Part shown: one piece after another, positions 26,362 to 32,000 of the stretch
How positions within the stretch are numbered: the stretch's first letter is position 1
Layout of the letters: each line of letters opens with the position of its first letter
From: Faecalibaculum rodentium
GTDB taxonomy: Bacteria; Bacillota_I; Bacilli_A; Erysipelotrichales; Erysipelotrichaceae
Direction: 5' to 3'
DNA length: 32,000 nucleotides
NCBI RefSeq assembly: GCF_001564455.1
Contig: NZ_CP011391.1
Coordinates: 1,830,001-1,862,000, forward strand
Translations under genes and position numbers: made by a program
Notes under the pieces: generated by a model
What the model saw: only the letters and a program-made list of their open reading frames with translations
Databases searched by the model: none
Told to the model about the DNA's origin: nothing

Positions 26362-27321
26362 TCATTCGCCATTATCATTACTTTTTAAATCAATGTTACT
26401 GCTTTTACAAATGTAGATTGGTCTGTGTTTTGTTTCCAAATACGTCTTGGATACATATTGTCCCAAAATCCCTATTGAGAGCAACTGAACTCCACCAATC
26501 AACATGACTATACAGACCATTGATGGCCATCCACTGACAGGATCTCCAAACAAGATTGTCCGCAAAATAATTACGATTATCATAATAAAAGCTATTAACG
26601 AAAACAGAACTCCAAACACTGAGGCAATTTGCAAAGGAAGAACGCTGAAAGCTGTAATACCCTCTAATGAATATTTAAAGAGTTTCCAAAATGACCATTT
26701 GGTCTCTCCAGCCACTCGCTCAATATTTTCAAATTCAATCCATTTGGTATTGAAACCAATCCAGCCAAATATCCCTTTGGAAAACCTGTTGTATTCTTTC
26801 ATGTCCAGGATCGTATCCACCATCTGCCTGGTCATTAATCTATAATCTCTGGCTCCATCAACGATATCTGCATCGGAAATCCTGTTGATAATTCGATAGA
26901 ACATTCTTGCAAAGAACGAGCGGATTGGTGGTTCTCCCTTACGCGTTACTCGCCGGGTTGCAGCACTGTCATATCCTTCGTCTCTGATTGCCTCCATCAT
27001 TTCAGGCAGCAAAGCAGGAGGATCCTGTAAATCTGCATCCATCAGTACACAGTAATCTCCGCTGCTGTTTTGAAGACCGGCATAAATTGCAGCTTCTTTT
27101 CCAAAGTTTCTGGGAAATGAAACATATTTAACTCTGATATCTTTTTCGGACAAGTCCGTCAGCAGTTTCAATGTATCATCTTTGGATCCATCATCCACAA
27201 ACAGAAACTCGAATTTGAAAACATCCATGTGCTTTGCGGTTTTCACAATCTCTTCATAGAAATAGGGTAAGGCCTCTTCTTCGTTATAACATGGGACGAT
27301 AACGCTAATTTTTTCATTCAT
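26362..27321 (-). CDS. GT2 polyprenyl-phosphate glycosyltransferase (GtrB/CsbB-like)
   Basis: ISVIVPCYNEEEAL, FVDDGSKD, MDADLQDPP (DxD), and two C-terminal TM helices. 4-nt overlap with the gtrA-like gene. Confidence 0.9.
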   Translation of the reverse strand: MNEKISVIVPCYNEEEALPYFYEEIVKTAKHMDVFKFEFLFVDDGSKDDTLKLLTDLSEKDIRVKYVSFPRNFGKEAAIYAGLQNSSGDYCVLMDADLQDPPALLPEMMEAIRDEGYDSAATRRVTRKGEPPIRSFFARMFYRIINRISDADIVDGARDYRLMTRQMVDTILDMKEYNRFSKGIFGWIGFNTKWIEFENIERVAGETKWSFWKLFKYSLEGITAFSVLPLQIASVFGVLFSLIAFIMIIVIILRTILFGDPVSGWPSMVCIVMLIGGVQLLSIGILGQYVSKTYLETKHRPIYICKSSNIDLKSNDNGE

Positions 27322-27731
27322 TTTGCAGTACCTCCCGTAAATACAAATATTTTACTGAGTACATAGTTTGCTATCACCACCAGGACATTGGCTATAATTT
27401 TTGCAATCAGATTATTTGTCTGAAGAATACCCACCATGAACCACATAACTGCCATATCCAATGCCAAGGTTGAAAGTCGAGATGAAAAAAACTTTATAAT
27501 TTCCCACCCAACATTTACGGCGGCGGAGTTGAAGACATATCGTCTATTGGTGATATAGGCGAATAACACGCTGAGGATCCACGCAATTACGTTAGAAATT
27601 AAATATTGTACATGGAGTACATCTGCGCAAATAGTGAAGGCAGCTATATTGACGAGGGTTGTGAGTACTCCAAAAATCAAGTAATTTATTACTTCTCTGT
27701 TCTTGCGATAGATATTAGCAATTTTCTCCAT
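27318..27731 (-). CDS. GtrA-family small membrane protein (putative lipid-linked sugar flippase)
   Basis: About 137 aa with 4 TM helices. NYLIFGVLTTLVNIAAF...NRRYVF is the typical GtrA pattern. The alternative start at 27770 is less likely. It overlaps the end of rfbC. Confidence 0.8.
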   Translation of the reverse strand: MEKIANIYRKNREVINYLIFGVLTTLVNIAAFTICADVLHVQYLISNVIAWILSVLFAYITNRRYVFNSAAVNVGWEIIKFFSSRLSTLALDMAVMWFMVGILQTNNLIAKIIANVLVVIANYVLSKIFVFTGGTAK

Positions 27732-28290
27732 ATACAAACTGATTATCAGACTTTTCCAGAGTCGGACCATTCATGTCTTTTTCAGACAATACAGGTTCTA
27801 TCCCCTCCAGTAGAGCGCCCCAGTCTACGTTCACTGTTGGGTCATCATAGCGCATTCCGCCTTCTGATTCCTTGTTGTATACATTGTCTACCTTATAACG
27901 GAATTCCACATCCGGTGTCAGTGTCAGAAAGCCATGCGCAAATCCCTGAGGAATGAAAAACTGCCGGTGGTTATCTTCTGACAGTTCTACCGATACCCAT
28001 TTTCCAAATGATGGGCTTCCCTTTCGGATATCCACGGCTACGTCAATCACGCGGCCTTTTGTACAGGATACCAGTTTGGATTGTGCATAGGGAGGATTCT
28101 GCCAATGCAGGCCGCGGAGTGTTCCCGGCGTTGCGCTGAAGGACATATTATCCTGTACAAAATCTACATCGATCCCCAGTTTTTCATATTTGGGTTTTGA
28201 ATATGTCTCGGTAAAATAACCGCGATGATCACCAAATACATCTGTATCAATAATCAGTACTCCAGGGATTGCTGTTTCAGTAACTTTCAT
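27715..28290 (-). CDS. rfbC: dTDP-4-dehydrorhamnose 3,5-epimerase
   Basis: 191 aa. FGDHRGYFTETY, LRGLHWQ, QFFIPQGFAHGF. RBS AAGGAG. Confidence 0.95.
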   Translation of the reverse strand: MKVTETAIPGVLIIDTDVFGDHRGYFTETYSKPKYEKLGIDVDFVQDNMSFSATPGTLRGLHWQNPPYAQSKLVSCTKGRVIDVAVDIRKGSPSFGKWVSVELSEDNHRQFFIPQGFAHGFLTLTPDVEFRYKVDNVYNKESEGGMRYDDPTVNVDWGALLEGIEPVLSEKDMNGPTLEKSDNQFVYGENC

Positions 28291-28302
28291 GCGGACTCTC
28301 CT

Positions 28303-29181
28303 TTACTTGATATATTTCCTGTCCAGTATTTTTTTCAGATAATCACCATACTGGTTCTTTTTGTATGTCTCGTAAGTCCTAGCCAAATCTTCGTGTGTGA
28401 TCCATCCATTGTCATATGCGATTTCTTCCAGACAGGCGATCTTCCGATGCTGATGTTCTTCAATGGTTTTGACGAAATTCGTGGCATCTACCAGTGACTG
28501 ATGGGTTCCTGTATCCAGCCAGGTGAACCCATCTCCCAGAAGGGTAACGTTCAGATTGCCTTTGTCCAGATAAATCCGGTTCAAATCTGTTATCTCCAGC
28601 TCTCCGCGGGGACTAGGCTTGAGATTCTTGGCATACTCAACAACATTGTTGTCATAAAAATACAATCCGGTTACAGCGTAATTGGATTTGGGATCTTCGG
28701 GTTTTTCTTCCAGCGATACAGCTTTTCCATCGCTGTCAAACTCAACAACGCCAAACCGTTCCGGGTCTTCGACATAGTATCCGAATACTGTAGCCCCATT
28801 TTCTCTGTTAGCTGCAGCTCTGAGCCTTTTGGTCAGTCCGTGTCCATGGAAGATATTGTCTCCCAGTATCATGGCAACTGAGTCATCTCCAATGAACTCT
28901 TCTCCGAGGATGAATGCCTGGGCAAGTCCATCTGGCGAAGGCTGTACTTTATAAGAGAGGTTCACTCCATACTGATGCCCATCCCCCAGAAGTTCCTCAA
29001 ATCGGGGTGTATCTTCCGGTGTGGAGATGATCAGGATATCCTTGATTCCTGCCTGCATGAGAATGCTCATGGAGTAGTAAATCATAGGCTTGTCATAAAT
29101 TGGTAGCAGCTGCTTCGATGTTACTTTTGTAAGTGGGTAAAGCCGGGTTCCGCTTCCCCCTGCTAAAATAATGCCTTTCAT
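28303..29181 (-). CDS. rfbA: Glucose-1-phosphate thymidylyltransferase
   Basis: [18 protein letters not shown] at the chosen start 29181 (RBS GGAGG). LGDNIF. The track start at 29238 is an unsupported extension. Confidence 0.95.
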   Translation of the reverse strand: MKGIILAGGSGTRLYPLTKVTSKQLLPIYDKPMIYYSMSILMQAGIKDILIISTPEDTPRFEELLGDGHQYGVNLSYKVQPSPDGLAQAFILGEEFIGDDSVAMILGDNIFHGHGLTKRLRAAANRENGATVFGYYVEDPERFGVVEFDSDGKAVSLEEKPEDPKSNYAVTGLYFYDNNVVEYAKNLKPSPRGELEITDLNRIYLDKGNLNVTLLGDGFTWLDTGTHQSLVDATNFVKTIEEHQHRKIACLEEIAYDNGWITHEDLARTYETYKKNQYGDYLKKILDRKYIK

Positions 29182-29203
29182 GGAATTTACCTCCAATATC
29201 AAC

Positions 29204-29234
29204 ACAATAAACCCTGACCTAAGGTCAGGGTCAA
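29204..29234 (-). promoter_or_regulatory. Candidate MerR-type promoter/operator for the rml-gtr operon; alternatively the terminator of the MerR-MTase gene
   Basis: Minus strand reads TTGACC(29234-29229)-N19-TATTGT(29209-29204). The spacer holds a perfect 9-3-9 dyad, ACCCTGACC-TTA-GGTCAGGGT (29231-29211), that starts inside the -35. A 17-nt reading gives TTGACC-N17-TTTATT. Confidence 0.45.
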
Positions 29235-29319
29235 GCATCCTTCTATGACAATTTTAATACTTCAAGCCTCTAAGTATCTGGAAAACAAGGAACACCATTT
29301 TAAGGTAATATTAATTTTA

Positions 29320-30480
29320 TTAAGTTTTATAGCCAACAAAAAGACAGGCGTCTTTCTGAACCTCTATCTTCCCATTCTGCTGCAGCTGTTTATCAATATA
29401 ACTGCTGAATTCTTCCAGATTGTTTACTAGCATTTCAGTCTGATTCCCATGACAACTGAGAATATAGTCAATCAATGGCTGTCTTTCGCTAATCTGGAGT
29501 GACCCAAAGAAATCAAATCTGTTCAGCCCTTTGAAATATTTACGAAGAATTTCACTGCCATTCTCTTTACCGAATTTATCCTGCAGACACTCTGTCGATA
29601 AGCTTATTTTAGGATTATAGTCCTTGCATAATTGTGTGATTTCAGCCAAATGATTTTTCCCATATGTACTGCAAAATACTGTCCCCTTTGGCTTGAGAAC
29701 ACGGTAAATCTCAGATAGTCCCTGATCAATATCTTCCAAATAGAAAAGAACATGATTGGCAATTACTATATCAAAATAATCGTTTTTAAATGGTAATGCT
29801 TCGCAACTGCAGACAATCGTATTGACCTGATGTCCAAATCTGGTTCTCACTGCTTTTATCATGCCTTCTGACTGATCAGTCAGAAATACATCACATTCTG
29901 AGATTGAATCATAAGAGAAAGAACTCCATAATTCCCCGTTTCCACAGCCAATTTCCAGCACCTTCATGCCAGTCAAAAGTTGTATATGACTCGCTACCCA
30001 GGGAAACCATGGTGTTTTTTCGCTTGAAAACTGTCTATGAAGAGAAATTCGAATCGATAAATCTTTAGACTCTCTATAGTTTTCTGCGATGCTCGTTTCT
30101 TTATGAATCAGCTTGAAAAAGACAGATGCATCATCCCAGGAAAAATTGCCATAGCGTGCTTGTTTGATCATCCTGATCAATACATCATCCAGGACTCTGA
30201 GATTCATGATTTGTTTCTGAGTCAATTCATGTTGCTGAAGTAGGGATTTCGGTAAATCGTCACTACTGGATAATATTTTCTGTATTTCGTTCAACGCGAA
30301 TCCCAGTTTCCGCAACAATAAAATCTGCTGCATAGAATATAGATCAACCTCAGAATACTCACGATACCCATTGTTTTGATTTCTATTTGGATTTAAAAGT
30401 CCGGTTTTTTCGAAATATCTTAACGTTTTTTCTGTTACGCCTGTAAAGCGAGAGAACTCTTTGATATTCATACATTCCAT
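29320..30480 (-). CDS. MerR-family HTH regulator fused to a class I SAM-dependent methyltransferase domain
   Basis: N-terminus NIKEFSRFTGVTEKTLRYFEKTGLLNPNRNQNNGYREYSEVDL (MerR HTH). C-terminus VLEIGCGNGELW (motif I) ... FDIVIANHVLFYL. The start could be 30471. Confidence 0.85.
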   Translation of the reverse strand: MECMNIKEFSRFTGVTEKTLRYFEKTGLLNPNRNQNNGYREYSEVDLYSMQQILLLRKLGFALNEIQKILSSSDDLPKSLLQQHELTQKQIMNLRVLDDVLIRMIKQARYGNFSWDDASVFFKLIHKETSIAENYRESKDLSIRISLHRQFSSEKTPWFPWVASHIQLLTGMKVLEIGCGNGELWSSFSYDSISECDVFLTDQSEGMIKAVRTRFGHQVNTIVCSCEALPFKNDYFDIVIANHVLFYLEDIDQGLSEIYRVLKPKGTVFCSTYGKNHLAEITQLCKDYNPKISLSTECLQDKFGKENGSEILRKYFKGLNRFDFFGSLQISERQPLIDYILSCHGNQTEMLVNNLEEFSSYIDKQLQQNGKIEVQKDACLFVGYKT

Positions 30481-30546
30481 CCAAGTCAGATTTTACTCAT
30501 AAAAGAATTACCTTATTCCAGCAAAATATGTTGATTCGCTCTCCGT

Positions 30547-31482
30547 CTATTCCTGGTCCTGACTCTTTTCCCATCCATTATGCTGAAGATAATCTGTATA
30601 TTTTGCCAAACCTTCTTGAAAAGAAGTTAATGGGCCTGTATATACCATTCTGATTTTCTCGTTATCAAGAACAACAGCAGGAACATCTACACTTCTTGAG
30701 TCCTTATATTGTACTTTTGGCGTATATCCCAGCTTTCGAAGACACTCGATAACTTGATTTAAAGAAATACCTTCATTGCTGGAAACGTTGAAAACTTCCT
30801 GTTCGCCGTTATAATCCAGCAGAGCGTAGAGCATCTCGACTACATCATCAATATAGATATAATCACGTATTACTGTACCGTCTCCCCATATCTCAATAGG
30901 CTCATGGGACAGTGTTTTTTTCACAGCCGCATCTACAAATCCAACACCTTTATGAAAATCCTGCCCGGGTCCATAAGGATTAGAAATTCGGGCGATTAAC
31001 ATGTTTGAATGCGTTTGCGTATTGAACGTTCTCATAACACTTTCAATACACAATTTAACCGATCCATAATGGTTAATTGGCTTACATTCCGCATCTTCCC
31101 GAATAGGCTGCTCATTCTGAATACCATAAATCGTACCGCCAGATGATAAAAATATCACTTTGATTCCCCTCTTTATGCAGAGATCAAATAAATGAACACT
31201 CTGGACAAAATCCCGGGCATATCCCTGCATGAAACGAATGTTGGAGTTGCCAGGATTTACAGTACTGAGGCAATGGTAGACAGCATCGATTCCATCAAGA
31301 GCTCTTTCCAGGTTTTCATCATCAAAAAAATCTCCAGACATATATTTAACTCCTTCAACGGGATAGTCTGTGTGGTGGAGATCAAAAGATGTGACAGACT
31401 CCCCCTTCTGATTCAGTTTTCTTATCAGATTCGAACCAATGAAGCCACTACCACCTATTACCAATACATTTCTCATCTTCAC
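30547..31482 (-). CDS. NAD-dependent sugar epimerase/dehydratase (SDR, GalE-like)
   Basis: VLVIGGSGFIGSNL Rossmann motif and catalytic YGSVK (YxxxK). Confidence 0.85.
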   Translation of the reverse strand: MKMRNVLVIGGSGFIGSNLIRKLNQKGESVTSFDLHHTDYPVEGVKYMSGDFFDDENLERALDGIDAVYHCLSTVNPGNSNIRFMQGYARDFVQSVHLFDLCIKRGIKVIFLSSGGTIYGIQNEQPIREDAECKPINHYGSVKLCIESVMRTFNTQTHSNMLIARISNPYGPGQDFHKGVGFVDAAVKKTLSHEPIEIWGDGTVIRDYIYIDDVVEMLYALLDYNGEQEVFNVSSNEGISLNQVIECLRKLGYTPKVQYKDSRSVDVPAVVLDNEKIRMVYTGPLTSFQEGLAKYTDYLQHNGWEKSQDQE

Positions 31483-32000
31483 TTATACCTTTCAGTATTG
31501 CTTTCCTGACTATTTCCTCTTCTTTTTCCCAGGATGTCTTCAAGGCGAAGTCTATTCCCTTTTTCCGAATATTCGCCAGTTCTTCAGGATGCTTTAAATA
31601 CCATTCCATCGTCAATGCCATCTGCAAGGGATCATAATCCACCAGAACAGAATTTTGTGAATTAACGAGCCATTCACTGTTTGGCCCTTTTGAGCACACA
31701 GCTACCGATCCCGATCCCATGACTTCCAGAGGAAGCAGGGACAGATTAGTATTTGAAATAACGAAGCAAAGGTCACAGGAACTGTAAAGATCGGACAATT
31801 CCGAAATATCCAGAATACCCAGACTCTGATGTCGGAATGGAATAACATATTCATTAATATCCCAGCCCGCAAACACAACTTCCACTTCAGGCATCCTTTT
31901 GCATAATTCTTCCAATGCCAGCAATCCCAATTCGAAATCTCTTCTTGGAGTTACTGGACGGGCATAGAAGAATACTCGAGTAGTTGAATTTGTTTTTTCC
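31448..32000 (-). CDS. Glycosyltransferase (GT-B fold, WsaF-like/GT4-like), C-terminal part; the gene continues past the window end
   Basis: The frame stays open through 32000 (...RVFFYARPVTPRRDFELGLLALEEL...). The track start at 31930 is an internal TTG. LPLEVMGSGSVAV is typical of a GT-B C-terminal domain. Confidence 0.75.
   Translation of the reverse strand, partial: EKTNSTTRVFFYARPVTPRRDFELGLLALEELCKRMPEVEVVFAGWDINEYVIPFRHQSLGILDISELSDLYSSCDLCFVISNTNLSLLPLEVMGSGSVAVCSKGPNSEWLVNSQNSVLVDYDPLQMALTMEWYLKHPEELANIRKKGIDFALKTSWEKEEEIVRKAILKGISEDEKCIGNRW

Overview
The window looks like a Clostridia-type Firmicute chromosome; that taxon call is an inference from the protein families and Shine-Dalgarno sites. 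Almost all genes are on the minus strand.

The left half (about 1.6-15.4 kb) is GC-rich, around 60% on spot-checked lines, and carries housekeeping and transport genes:
- a polytopic membrane protein, a HAD hydrolase, a Na/Pi-cotransporter/PhoU protein, gpmI and an orphan HicB-like gene
- an amino-acid ABC transporter behind a lysine riboswitch
- a tightly overlapping four-gene envelope operon (coiled-coil protein, Zn-ribbon/GYF/DUF4234, DUF2752, hexapeptide-repeat protein)
- an LtaS-family enzyme.

There are two copies of one class C (IIC) group II intron, 99.5% identical: 1..1246, cut by the window edge, and 15582..17491, complete. Each sits exactly 7 nt after a terminator hairpin.

The right half is more AT-rich and devoted to the cell envelope:
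- a LytTR regulator with a degenerate receiver domain
- a 1115-aa secreted lectin/peptidoglycan-hydrolase mosaic
- an rmlA-rmlC-[gtrA-gtrB-gtrII]-rmlB-rmlD operon
- a MerR-methyltransferase fusion, an epimerase and a partial glycosyltransferase.

I found no CRISPR array, tRNA or rRNA gene, integrase or recognisable defence system. The most unusual items are the Gtr cassette nested inside the rhamnose operon and the MerR-type promoter dyad in front of it. Neither is proven novel.
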